Under the pieces are notes generated by a model. That model was given only the letters and a program-made list of their open reading frames with translations. It was not told the origin of the DNA and did no database searches. This document shows, piece after piece, positions 7,933-17,410 of a stretch of 46,164 nt of DNA; positions within the stretch are counted from its first letter, which is position 1, and each line of letters starts with the position of its first letter. Location: assembly GCF_023230885.1 (NCBI RefSeq), contig NZ_JALNWM010000001.1, positions 1 through 46,164 on the forward strand, given 5' to 3'. The position numbers and the translations under genes are program-made. The DNA comes from Desulfocurvus sp. Lineage in GTDB: Bacteria; Desulfobacterota; Desulfovibrionia; Desulfovibrionales; Desulfovibrionaceae.

Positions 7933-10656
7933 TTACGCCTTGGCCTTCAGCCCGGCAAGCACCTTCTCCGGCAGGGCCGGAAGGGCGGTGATGCGCACGC
8001 CGCAGGCGTTGTAGATGGCGTTGATGATCGCCGGGTGCGGAGCGCACAGCGGGATCTCGCCCGCGCCCGAGGCGCCGAAGGGGCCGTCGGGGCGCGGGGT
8101 TTCCACATAGACGATCTCGATGTCGTCGGGGATCTGCTTGATGTACGGGAAGCCCGCCCCGACCATGGTCGAGTGCTTCTTGATGTCCTCGTAGTCTTCG
8201 GACAGGGCCAGGCCGATGCCCTGGGCGATGCCGCCGTAGATCTGGCCGTCGGTGACCAGGAAGTTGTTCACCTTGCCGATGTCGGCCACCATGGTCATCT
8301 TCTCCACGGTGGTCTTGCCGGTGGCGATCTCCACGGCGACCTCGGCCATGAACAGGCCGTACATGTAGCAGCAGAAGGGGCTGCCCTGGCCGTTGGCGTC
8401 GCAGTCGCGGGCCGGTGCGGTGAACTTGCCGCTGTAGCGCAGGGCCAGGCCCTCGGCCTTCATTTCGTCATGGGTGCGGAAGGAGCCGTCGGGCTTCTTC
8501 ATGGCCGCGATGAGCACCTCGCAGGCGTTCTTGGTCGCCTGCCCGGCCATGACCTGGGAGCGGCTGCCGCCGGCGGGGCCCGCGTTGGGGGCCTTGCTGG
8601 TGTCGTTCATGACCAGGCGGATCCTGTCGGGGGCGATGCCCAGCGGGCGCAGGGCCTCGTGGGCCGTGCCCAGGGAGCCCATGTCCGCGCCCTGGCCGTG
8701 GTCTTCCCAGCAGGTGTACACGGTCACGCCGCCGTCCTCGTTCAGCTCCACGTCCACCTCGGAGGAGTCGGGGCCGTCGAGGCCCGAGCCGTACACGCCC
8801 ACGGCCACGCCCACGCCGCGCTTCACGGCGTCGGTGGAGGAGGCGGCGGCGCGCTTCCTGGCTTCCTCGTACCTGGGGCGCAGCTTGTCGATCATCTCGG
8901 GCAGGGAGTAGACCTCGGGGTCCTGGCCCGTGGGCGTGGTCGAGCCCTTGCGGTAGACGTTCTTGTAGCGCAGCTCCAGTGGGTCCATGCCCAGCTTTTC
9001 GGCCAGCTCGTCCATGAGCACCTCGGAGGCGAATTCCGCCTCGGGGCCGCCGTAGCCGCGGAAGGCCGCGCCCCAGGCGTGGTTGGTGCACACGGTGCGG
9101 CCCTCGCCGCGGATGGCCGGGATGTCATAGCCCGCGCCGATGAACTGGGCGCCGCGCAGGGTCAGCAGGTCGCCGAACTCGGAGTAGGGGCCGTGGTCCA
9201 CGGTCCAGTCGGTCTCCATGCCCAGGAGCTTGCCGTCCTTGGTGGCGGCCATGCGCACGGAGGTGAACTGGGGCGAGCGCTTGCCGGTGTAGGTCTGCTG
9301 CTGGAACCAGGTGTAGTTGAGGTACACGGGGCGGCCGGTGGCCAGGCAGGCCGCGCCCACCAGGGCCTCCATCGTCGGGCTGAACTTGTAGCCGAAGGTG
9401 CCGCCCGTGGGGTTCTGGACCATGACGATCTTGTCGGGCTCCAGGCCCAGGCCGGGGGCGATCATGTACAGGTGCAGGTGCAGGCCGATGGACTTGGAGT
9501 GGATCACCAGCCGGCCCTGCTCGTCGAGGTAGGCGAAGCCCGTGTCGGGCTCGATGGGCATGTGCGGCTGGCGGGTGGTGAAGTAGTCGCCTTCCACGAC
9601 CACGTCGGCCTTCTCGAAGATGGGCGCGGTGTCCTCGCCCTTGGCGATCTTCTGGGTGTAATAGACGTTGGGCGTGCCGGGGTGGATTTCCATGGCGTCC
9701 TCGGCCATTGCCGCCTGGGCGCTCATGTACTCGGGCAGCTGCTCCAGCTCGACGCGGACCTTGGCCGCCGCGGCCTTGGCGTTGGCCTCGGTGTCGGCGC
9801 AGACGATGGCCAGGGCGTCACCGAACTGGAAGACCTTCTCGTCGCACAGGATGGGCCGGTCCCAGCCGTCGCCCTTGTTGGTGGGGAAGGTGATCAGGCC
9901 GGTGATGCGGTTCTTGCCCTTGACATCCTTGTGGGTCACGACCTTGAAGACGCCGGGCATCTTCTCGGCCTCGGCGGTGTCGATGGCCAGGATCCTGGCG
10001 TGGGACACCTCGGCCTGGACCAGGGCGCAATGCAGACTGCCGGGGGGCAGGCGCAGGGCCAGGTCGGCGCCGAAGTCCCACGTTCCGGTGACCTTGGCCA
10101 CCGCCGTGGGCCGGGGGTACTTGGTGCCCCAGATGCGCCCGTCCTCGGGAACCTTGAACAGCAGTTCGTCGGTGCTCATGTCGCCGCGCAGGACGGCGGC
10201 GGCGTCCATGACCGCGTCCACCAGGGGCTTGTAGCCGGTGCAGCGGCAGGCGTTGCGGTGCTTCTGGAACCAGTCGCGCACCTCCTCGCGGGTGGGGGCG
10301 GGGTTGGCTTCCAGCAGGGCGTAGGTGGAAACGATGAAGCCCGGGGAGCAGAAGCCGCACTGGGCGCCGCCGTGGGCGATCCAGGCCAGCTGGATGGGGT
10401 GCAGCTGCCCGGGGGTGCCGATGCCCTCCAGGGTCAGGATGCGGGAGCCGGACTGCACGCGGCTCATCTTGCGCGTGCAGGAGCGGACCAGTTTGCCGTC
10501 CATGTAGACGGTACACGCGCCGCACTGGCCCGTGCCGCAGCCGACCTTGACGCTGGTCAGCCCGAGGCCCTCGCGCAGATACTGGACCAGGGTGCTTTCC
10601 GGATCGGCCAGCACCATGCGGTCCACGCCGTTGACGTTGAGAGTCAGTCTGAGCAT
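7933..10656 (-). CDS. mop: Molybdopterin-dependent aldehyde oxidoreductase (Mop type, xanthine oxidase family)
   Basis: 907 aa. Two [2Fe-2S] motifs (GCGTGQCGACT; QCGFCSPG...NACRCTGY). Moco-binding motifs GGTFGYK, AFRGYG, HGQG, GGSRS. Catalytic Glu in GASGAGE. Confidence 0.96.
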   Translation of the reverse strand: MLRLTLNVNGVDRMVLADPESTLVQYLREGLGLTSVKVGCGTGQCGACTVYMDGKLVRSCTRKMSRVQSGSRILTLEGIGTPGQLHPIQLAWIAHGGAQCGFCSPGFIVSTYALLEANPAPTREEVRDWFQKHRNACRCTGYKPLVDAVMDAAAVLRGDMSTDELLFKVPEDGRIWGTKYPRPTAVAKVTGTWDFGADLALRLPPGSLHCALVQAEVSHARILAIDTAEAEKMPGVFKVVTHKDVKGKNRITGLITFPTNKGDGWDRPILCDEKVFQFGDALAIVCADTEANAKAAAAKVRVELEQLPEYMSAQAAMAEDAMEIHPGTPNVYYTQKIAKGEDTAPIFEKADVVVEGDYFTTRQPHMPIEPDTGFAYLDEQGRLVIHSKSIGLHLHLYMIAPGLGLEPDKIVMVQNPTGGTFGYKFSPTMEALVGAACLATGRPVYLNYTWFQQQTYTGKRSPQFTSVRMAATKDGKLLGMETDWTVDHGPYSEFGDLLTLRGAQFIGAGYDIPAIRGEGRTVCTNHAWGAAFRGYGGPEAEFASEVLMDELAEKLGMDPLELRYKNVYRKGSTTPTGQDPEVYSLPEMIDKLRPRYEEARKRAAASSTDAVKRGVGVAVGVYGSGLDGPDSSEVDVELNEDGGVTVYTCWEDHGQGADMGSLGTAHEALRPLGIAPDRIRLVMNDTSKAPNAGPAGGSRSQVMAGQATKNACEVLIAAMKKPDGSFRTHDEMKAEGLALRYSGKFTAPARDCDANGQGSPFCCYMYGLFMAEVAVEIATGKTTVEKMTMVADIGKVNNFLVTDGQIYGGIAQGIGLALSEDYEDIKKHSTMVGAGFPYIKQIPDDIEIVYVETPRPDGPFGASGAGEIPLCAPHPAIINAIYNACGVRITALPALPEKVLAGLKAKA

Positions 10657-10722
10657 GGTTCCCCTCCTTGTGCGGGGTGTTTTTCCGCGACGGCCTGCGC
10701 CCCGCCCGGGGCGCGGCCTCGC

Positions 10723-11742
10723 CTATTTGCCAAAGGGACACACCGGGTAGCGGCACTCCGGGCACCCGGCGCAGAAGCCGCCGTGGCCCAGGGCCGTGAT
10801 GTCCTCGCGCGTGGGCCGCTCCCCGGCCAGGATGCGCGGCACCACCAGGTCGAAGATACTCGCCCGGTAATACATGACGCAGCCCGGCAGCCCGACGATG
10901 GGCACATCGCCCTTGTAGGCCAGCATGAACATGACGCCCGGGAAGGTCGGGGCGCCGTAGGTGACCACCTCGGCCCCCGTGGCGCGGATGGCCGCGGGGG
11001 TCTGGTCGTCGGGGTCCACGGACATGCCGCCCGTGACGACGACCATCTGCGCGCCCTCGGCCAGGAACGCCTCGATGGCCGCGCAGGTGGCCCGGGGGTC
11101 GTCGCCGACAAAGCGCTGGCCGACCACCGTCGAGCCCAGGGCGCCGAATTTGTCGCGGATGACCGGGCCGAACTTGTCCTGGATGCGCCCGCTGTAGATT
11201 TCGCTGCCGGTGGTGACCACGCCAACGGACAGGGGCCGCAGCGGCTTGACCTGGATCACCGGGCTGTTCTCGGCGCAGATGGCCTCCACCCGGGCGATCT
11301 TGGCCTCGTCGATGACCAGGGGCACCACGCGGGTTCCGGCCACGTCGCGCGGGGCGGCGATGTGCTGGCCGGTGTGCAGCGTGGCCAGCACCACCTCGTC
11401 GATGGCGTTGATGCGCGCCAGGGCCTGGACGTTGACGCACAGCAGCCCGGGCTCGGCGCGCAGGTTGATGCGCCCCTCGCAGACCGGGGACAGGGTCAGC
11501 CCCGGCCCGGCGGCGGCCTCGGCTATGCGCCGGGCCGCGTCGTTTTCGTGGAGCTGCCCGGGCTCCAGGTCCAGGACGTAGATGTGCTCCTTGCCGATCC
11601 GCAGCAGGGGCTCGATGTCGTCGCGGGTGACGACGTGGCCCTTGCGGAACGCCGGGCCCTTGTATTCTCCGGGGACGATGCGCGTCATGTCGTGGCACAG
11701 CACCATCCCCACCGCCTCGTGGACGGGAACGGACTTCATCAC
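10723..11742 (-). CDS. MoeA-like molybdopterin-binding protein with C-terminal Cys cluster
   Basis: AVGMVLCHDMTRI, TTGSE, TGGMSVDPDDQTP, GLPGC, C-terminal CAGCPECRYPVCPFGK. GAGG RBS before GTG-ATG. Confidence 0.88.
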   Translation of the reverse strand: MMKSVPVHEAVGMVLCHDMTRIVPGEYKGPAFRKGHVVTRDDIEPLLRIGKEHIYVLDLEPGQLHENDAARRIAEAAAGPGLTLSPVCEGRINLRAEPGLLCVNVQALARINAIDEVVLATLHTGQHIAAPRDVAGTRVVPLVIDEAKIARVEAICAENSPVIQVKPLRPLSVGVVTTGSEIYSGRIQDKFGPVIRDKFGALGSTVVGQRFVGDDPRATCAAIEAFLAEGAQMVVVTGGMSVDPDDQTPAAIRATGAEVVTYGAPTFPGVMFMLAYKGDVPIVGLPGCVMYYRASIFDLVVPRILAGERPTREDITALGHGGFCAGCPECRYPVCPFGK

Positions 11743-11810
11743 TGGCGCAACCTCTTGCGTTGCGGGGACTTTATACTCGGGCCGCCCGGTGGCCGGGCGA
11801 CCAGCCTTGC

Positions 11811-11828
11811 TATGCTCTTGTGAGCATA
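11811..11828. promoter_or_regulatory. Palindromic operator candidate TATGCTC-TTGT-GAGCATA upstream of the mop cluster
   Basis: Perfect 7-bp inverted repeat 69-86 nt upstream of the first gene. The same core recurs at 17411-17428. Confidence 0.65.
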
Positions 11829-11983
11829 TTCACCTTGTGCCCAGTTGAGCACGACCGCTGTTACAGGTCAAGAGGGAACCCCTGTGAAAATGCCTCGTTA
11901 CGGAGAGTTTCCCGCGCCCGGGGAAACTGCTAGGGTGGGGCTGCGCCACGACGGGCTGGCGCAAGCCCCAAAGGAAGGAACGC

Positions 11984-12337
11984 ATGGACAAGCTGCAACC
12001 CAGGATGCGGGTCAAGATATGGCTGGAGCATGAGGACAGGCTCGTTTTCGGGCCGGGCTGCGCCATGCTGCTGCGCGAGATCGAGCGCAGCGGCTCCCTG
12101 TCCGGCGCGGTGAGGAACCTGGGCATGTCCTACCGGGCGGCCTGGGGGCACATCAAGAAGGTCGAGGAGAACCTGGGCCGGAGCCTGGTGGTCAAGACCG
12201 GCGGCAACAAGAGCGGCTACAGCCTGTCCGCCGAGGGGCTCCGGCTGCTCGAAGCCTACGAGGCCTGGCTGCACGCCGTGCAGGATCACGCCTTCGCCCT
12301 GGCGGACGAGCTGTTTCCCTGGCCGGTGCGGCGCTAG
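11984..12337 (+). CDS. ModE-family winged-helix transcriptional regulator (N-terminal domain only)
   Basis: KIWLE...FGPG...LLREIERSGSLSGAVRNLGMSYRAAWGHIKKVEENLG is the ModE N-terminal HTH signature. AAGGAAGGA RBS. No TOBE domains (117 aa). Confidence 0.88.
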   Translation: MDKLQPRMRVKIWLEHEDRLVFGPGCAMLLREIERSGSLSGAVRNLGMSYRAAWGHIKKVEENLGRSLVVKTGGNKSGYSLSAEGLRLLEAYEAWLHAVQDHAFALADELFPWPVRR

Positions 12338-12531
12338 GGCGCGGTCTGGCCCCGGGCCGCCGCGCAGTCCCGCACTGCGGCCTCCCACTGCGGCGTGTAG
12401 CGCGCCTTGTGGATTTCGTCGGCCTGGGCGCGGCATTCCAGGAGCGTCTGGTCGTCGGCCCCGCTGGAGCCGAAGGTCGCGCAACCGGTCAGAATCATGG
12501 CCGCCAGCGCGGCGGCGAGTAGCGTCTTCAT
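12334..12531 (-). CDS. Small putative lipoprotein (65 aa)
   Basis: Signal peptide MKTLLAAALAAMILTG|C with lipobox; strong RBS AGGAGGAAGG; starts 16 nt after the fdhE stop. Confidence 0.72.
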   Translation of the reverse strand: MKTLLAAALAAMILTGCATFGSSGADDQTLLECRAQADEIHKARYTPQWEAAVRDCAAARGQTAP

Positions 12532-12547
12532 TTCCTTCCTCCTGCGG

Positions 12548-13465
12548 TCAGGGGTCCAGGCTGTTCCAGGCCGTGCGGGCCACCGGGGCGAATCCGTCGC
12601 GCTGCATGACCACGTCCATGGGCAGCAGGCCCAGGGCGGCCACGTCGGCCACCGGTTCGTCCAAGGCGCCCGAGGCGTCGCAGGTCGCCAGGTAGCGGTT
12701 GCACTTGCGGCACAGGTCGGCGCGGGCCTCGGCCCGGCCCTCGGGATGGCGGTATTCCAGCGTCCCGTGCTCCTCGTTGCCGCAGTGCGGGCAGGCGTGG
12801 CGCTGGAAGCGCCACTGGGCCGCGCAGCGCGAGCAGTGCAGCCAGCGCTGGCCGCCGTGGTTCTTCAGGTAGGCGTCGTCCTGGCCGGAGCTGCGCAGGA
12901 TGGCCAGCGCGGGCAGCGCGCCGCATACGGGGCAGTAGCCCTGGCCCCAGGCGCCCAGGGTCGCGGCCCGGGCGACCTCGGAGCCCACGGCCTCCAGCAC
13001 GGGCCGCAGGGCCAGGCCCGCCGCCAGCTCCAGGCTGCGGGCGTCCACGCCAAGGCTTTTGGCCTGGCGCGCCAGGGCCGCCTCGTCGCCGCGAACAACG
13101 CCCTCCATGAGCGCCGCCGAGTCCACGGCGTCGGATTCCAGGGCATACATGAGCTTGCGCAGGTCCTCGGAGATGCCGGGGAAGGAGCGGGCCATCACCG
13201 GCAGGATGCGCCTGGCCGAGGCCAGGAATGCCTGGGCGTACTCGCCAAGGGGCGCGTCCACGAAGCGGGGCAGGCGCCGGGCCAGCCGCTGGGGGTCGGG
13301 GTCCACGGGGGAGAGGCCCGCCGCCAGCAGGGCGGCCCTGGTCTTGAGCAGTTCGGCGAACAGCGGCGCGAAGGCGTCGAGAACCCCTGCCAGGGAGGCG
13401 TTTTCGGTTCGCAGCCGCTCGGTCCAGGTGCGCAGTCGTTCCAGTTCTTGGCTTCGATCCATCAT
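12548..13465 (-). CDS. fdhE: Formate dehydrogenase accessory protein FdhE
   Basis: Four CxxC pairs (CPVCG, CSRC, CPHCGN, CRKC) in FdhE spacing, directly downstream of fdhAB. Confidence 0.92.
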   Translation of the reverse strand: MMDRSQELERLRTWTERLRTENASLAGVLDAFAPLFAELLKTRAALLAAGLSPVDPDPQRLARRLPRFVDAPLGEYAQAFLASARRILPVMARSFPGISEDLRKLMYALESDAVDSAALMEGVVRGDEAALARQAKSLGVDARSLELAAGLALRPVLEAVGSEVARAATLGAWGQGYCPVCGALPALAILRSSGQDDAYLKNHGGQRWLHCSRCAAQWRFQRHACPHCGNEEHGTLEYRHPEGRAEARADLCRKCNRYLATCDASGALDEPVADVAALGLLPMDVVMQRDGFAPVARTAWNSLDP

Positions 13466-13480
13466 ATCGCCTTGTGCGTG

Positions 13481-13513
13481 CGGCGGACGGGGGCCCCGGG
13501 CCCCCGTCCGCCG
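13481..13513. other. Perfect 15-bp GC stem-loop between fdhB and fdhE (mRNA stabiliser or weak terminator)
   Basis: CGGCGGACGGGGGCC-CCG-GGCCCCCGTCCGCCG; no U-tract. Confidence 0.5.
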
Positions 13514-13529
13514 ACGGTTGGAGGTGTGC

Positions 13530-14258
13530 TTAGGCGCGGCTGGCCTTGTTCAGGGGCCGGGCCAGCCGGGCAAGCAATTGCTTGCGGGTCATGGGTGCGG
13601 GTGCCTGGGCCACGGCGTGCTGGTGCAGCCGTTCGGGCTCGTCGGCCAGCAGGTAGACCACCGCCACGTCGTCGGGGTTGGCCAGCGACGCGTTGGGGAA
13701 CTCCCCGCGCACGACCTCCAGGCGCTTTTCGGCCAGCGCCCGGATGTCGTCGTACTCGCCGAAGTGCATGGCCCCCATTGCGCAGGTATTGACGCACATG
13801 GGCAGCTTGTCGTTCTTCACGCGGTCGATGCACATGTCGCACTTGGAGACCAGCCCGGTGCCGCTGTCGCGGCGCGGGATGTCGTAGGGGCAGGCGTGGC
13901 GCACCTCCTCGAACTCCTCGGCGCTCAGGTGCCTGGTCAGGTCGGTGTAGAGCACCGCTCCGGTGTCCTCGTCCTGCACGATGGCGCCGGGCACATAGTC
14001 CTCGGCGGTGAACAGGCAGGGCGGCTGGAAGCAGTGGCGGCACTGGTCCGGGAAGAAGTACCAGCGGATGACGCCGTCGATGAGGTGCTCGCTGAAGCGC
14101 ACGAGCTTGTAGTTGAACGGGTTCAGGTCCGGGGGATTCTGGTGCGTCCCGGTCTGGCGGGTCTGCACCGCGGGCAGGTTGTGCCATTCCTTGCAGGCGA
14201 CCTGGCATCCCCGGCACGCCGTGCAGCGCGTGGTGTCAATGAAGAATGCCTTGGGCAT
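13530..14258 (-). CDS. fdhB: Formate dehydrogenase beta (Fe-S) subunit
   Basis: CTACRGCQVACKEW, CRHCFQPPC, CPYDIP, KCDMC...PMCVNTC; AAGGAG RBS. Confidence 0.95.
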   Translation of the reverse strand: MPKAFFIDTTRCTACRGCQVACKEWHNLPAVQTRQTGTHQNPPDLNPFNYKLVRFSEHLIDGVIRWYFFPDQCRHCFQPPCLFTAEDYVPGAIVQDEDTGAVLYTDLTRHLSAEEFEEVRHACPYDIPRRDSGTGLVSKCDMCIDRVKNDKLPMCVNTCAMGAMHFGEYDDIRALAEKRLEVVRGEFPNASLANPDDVAVVYLLADEPERLHQHAVAQAPAPMTRKQLLARLARPLNKASRA

Positions 14259-14318
14259 GTCCGACTCCTTGGTGGTCCGCCGGGCGGGGGGCGCGTTCCC
14301 GCCCGCCCGGCGGGTTGG

Positions 14319-17300
14319 CTACAGTTCGGTCACCTTGTCGGCCTTGCGGATGTTCACGAGGCTGACCTTGTACTCCGGGATGGTCGTGTTGGGGTCGCCC
14401 ACGGCGGGGGTCAGCCGGTTCACGGCGTCGCCGCACTTGGGCGTTGTCCATCCGAAGCAGAAGGGCATGCCGATCTCGTGGATGATCCGGCCTTCCACAG
14501 GCAGCGGGCGCATCCGCACAGTGACCATCGCCACGGCCTCCACGCGGCCGCGCGCGCTTTCCACCACCACCACGTCGCCGTTGGCGATGCCCTTCTCCTT
14601 GGCCAGTTCGGGCGACATCTCCACATACTGCTGGGGCTCGGCCTCAAGCAGCACGGGGGTGTTGCGCGTCTCGCCGCCGCCGCACCAGTGCTCGGTCAGG
14701 CAGTAGGTCGTGAGCACGATGGGGTAGCGCTTGTCGGCGGGCTTGGCCAGGGGGTCGGCGTCGCTGATCATGCGCTTCATGCACGGGTTGCTCAGCTGGC
14801 CCGAGAAGGGGTTCCTGGCCAGCGGGGTTTCGGCGGGCTCGTAGTGCTCGGGCAGCGGGCCGTCCAGGCGGCCGGGGCCGTAGAGCTGGCCGTAGCCGTC
14901 GGCGGCCATGATGAAGGGCAGCTTGCCCTTGCCGCTGGCCATGGGCGGCCAGCCGCCGTCGGGCACGTCGCCCACCCACTTGCCGTCCTCCCAGGAGATG
15001 ACCGGCTTGGCCGGGTTCCACGGCCTGCCGTTGGCGTCCACGGAGGCGCGGTTGTAGAGCACGCGCCGGTTCATGGGCCAGGCCCAGGCGAAGTTCGGGA
15101 ACAGCCCGATGTTGGCCTGCATGGGGGTCTGGCTCAGGTCGCGCCGCTTGGCGAGGTTGCCGGAGTCGAGGTAGGAGCCGCATTGCAGCCAGGAGGAGCA
15201 GGCCGTGGAGCCGTCCGTCTGGAGGTTGCCGAAGCCGGGTATCTGCTGGCCCTTCTTGTAGGCCACGCCGCCGATTTCCACATCGCGGGTGAACCAGCCG
15301 TTGTTGCGCTTGGCGATGCGGTCGGGGTCGAAGGCCTGGGGCCAGTCGTGCATGAGCAGCTGCTCGGGGAAGGCTCCGGGCTCCTGGCGGTAGAGCTTGC
15401 GCACGGCGTTCATGATGTCCACCACCATGGCGCCCAGGGAGCGGCTCTCGCCGATGGGCTGCTGGGCCATGTAGTGCCACATGAGCCAGCGCCCGGAGTT
15501 GGTGATGCTGCCTTCCTTCTCGCCGCGCTGGGCGCTGGGCAGCAGGAAGACCTCGGTGCCGATGTCCGAGGGGTTCATGCCCGGGCCGCGCCAGAAGTCC
15601 GAGGTTTCGGTGTGGTGCAGCTCGCCGACCACGAGCCAGTCCAGGTTGGACAGGGCGCGCCGGGTCTTGTGCGTGTTGGGCGCGCTCTGGGCAGGGTTGG
15701 TGCCGAAGACGAAGCCGCCGCTGATCTGGCCCTTGTACATCCTGTCGAAGAGGTACATGAGCGAGTAGTCGCCGTGCTCGTCCAGGCGCGGCAGCAGGCC
15801 GTAGCAGAACTCGTTCTGCTCGGTGGCGTTGTCGCCGAACCAGGACTTGAGCAGGCTGGCCATGTACTTGGGCCTGTTCTGCCACCAGTTGGCGCTTTGC
15901 GGGTCGTTGGAGACCGGGGTGTTGGCCTTGTTGTAGTCGGCCAGGGTCGGCCATTTGGCCTGCACCATCGGCAGGTAGCCGGGCAGGATGTGGTAAAGCA
16001 GGGCGTGGTCCGTGGAGCCCTGGACGTTGGGTTCGCCGCGCAGGGCGTTGATGCCGCCGCCCGCCACGCCGATGTTGCCCAGCAGGAGCTGGATGATGGC
16101 CGCCAGGCGGATGTTCTGCACGCCCACGGTGTGCTGGGTCCAGCCCAGGGCGTACATCATGGTTCCGGCCTTGTCGGGGGCGCCCGTGGCGGCGAAGGCC
16201 TCGTACACGCGCATCAGGTTCTCGCGCGAGACGCCGGTGGTGCTGGACACGCGGTCCAGGGTGTAGCGGCCGTAGTGGGCGCGCATGAGGTTCAGCACGC
16301 ACCGCTTGTGCTTGAGGCTCGTGTCGCGCCGGGGCAGGCCGTTCTCGTCGCGCTCGAAGGCCCACAGGCTGCGGTCATAGCGCCTGGTCTTCTTGTCGAA
16401 GCCGGCGAACAGGCCGTTGGAGAAGGAGAACTTCTCGCCCACGATGCAGGCCGCGTTGGTGTACTGGACGACGTAGTCGTGGAAGAACTTGTCGTTGTCC
16501 AGGATGTACTTCACCATGCCGCCCAGGAAGGCGATGTCGGTGCCCGAGCGCAGGGGGACGTGGAAGTCGCTGCGCGCGGAGGTTCTGGAGAATTTGGGAT
16601 CGACATGCATGACCACCGCGCCCTTCTCCTTGGCCTTGAGGACCCACTTGAAGGAGATGGGGTGGTGCTCCGCCGCGTTGCTCCCCATGATGAGGATGGC
16701 GTTGGCGTTTTCGATGTCAGTCCAGTGGTTGGTCATCGCGCCGCGTCCGAACGACTCTGCCAGAGCCGGTACAGTGGCGCTGTGTCAGATACGCGCCTGG
16801 TGGTCGATATGCACGACCCCCAGGCCCCGGAGCATCTGGTGCGAAACGGCGCATTCCTCGTTGTCCATCTGCGAGGTGCCGAGCTGGAAGATGGATTCCA
16901 CGCGGTTGACGGTCTGGCCCTTGTCGTTGACGGTCTTGAAGTCGCGGTCGCGGGTATCCTTGAGCCGGCGGGCGATGCGCGCCAGGGTCCAGTCCCAGTC
17001 CTTCTCTTCCCAGTGGGCGGAGCCGGGGGCGCGATACAGCGGCTTGGTCAGCCTGTGGTCGTTGACGTGCATGGTCAGCAGCGCCGCGCCCTTGGCGCAC
17101 AGCGCCCCCTGGCTCACCGGATAGTCCGGGTCGCCCTCGACGTTGACCACCGTCCCGTCCTTGACGTGCATGAGCACGTTGCAGCAGCACGAGCAGAACG
17201 GGCAGATGGAGATGACCTCCCTGGCGCCGTCGATCTTCATCGCGTAGGCGTGCGCCGCGACGGGCCTCAGGTCCAGGCCGAGCTGGCCCAGGGTCAGCCC

Positions 17301-17351
17301 CACGGTCCCGGCTCCCGCGACCTTGAGGAAACTTCGCCTCGAAATGTCCAT
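14319..17351 (-). CDS. fdhA: Formate dehydrogenase alpha subunit, selenocysteine-containing (1010 aa, Sec189), Tat-exported
   Basis: ORFs 16785..17486 and 14319..16736 are in the same frame and joined by one TGA at 16787-16785, in the context HQARI-U-HSATVPALAESFGRGAMTNHW. Tat signal MDISRRSFLK with a GGGAGG RBS; LRGEPNVQG active-site motif. Confidence 0.96.
16738..16784 (-). promoter_or_regulatory. Bacterial SECIS element of fdhA
   Basis: Directly 3' of the UGA: upper stem CGGCUCU-GGC-AGAGUCG with an apical G at +24, and a lower GCGCC/GGCGC pairing. Confidence 0.8.
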
Positions 17352-17410
17352 GGTTGACCTCCCTCTGGTTGCGCGGCCGCCGGTTGGCGTCTTCTGGTCC
17401 CCGGCCGCAT

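Noticed and set aside
5572..11823. 2083-aa plus-strand ORF (and similar giants at 13059..17357, 26397..30845 and 34814..38446)
   Set aside because: These are antisense shadows of well-supported minus-strand genes. Stop-poor frames are expected at this GC content, and they carry no recognisable motifs.
11743..11983. Moco/Wco riboswitch before the molybdoenzyme operon
   Set aside because: I could not identify a Moco RNA motif. The region is better explained by DNA palindromes.
16785..16787. fdhA as a pseudogene with a premature stop
   Set aside because: The TGA is at the conserved Sec position, the frame continues, and a SECIS-like hairpin follows.
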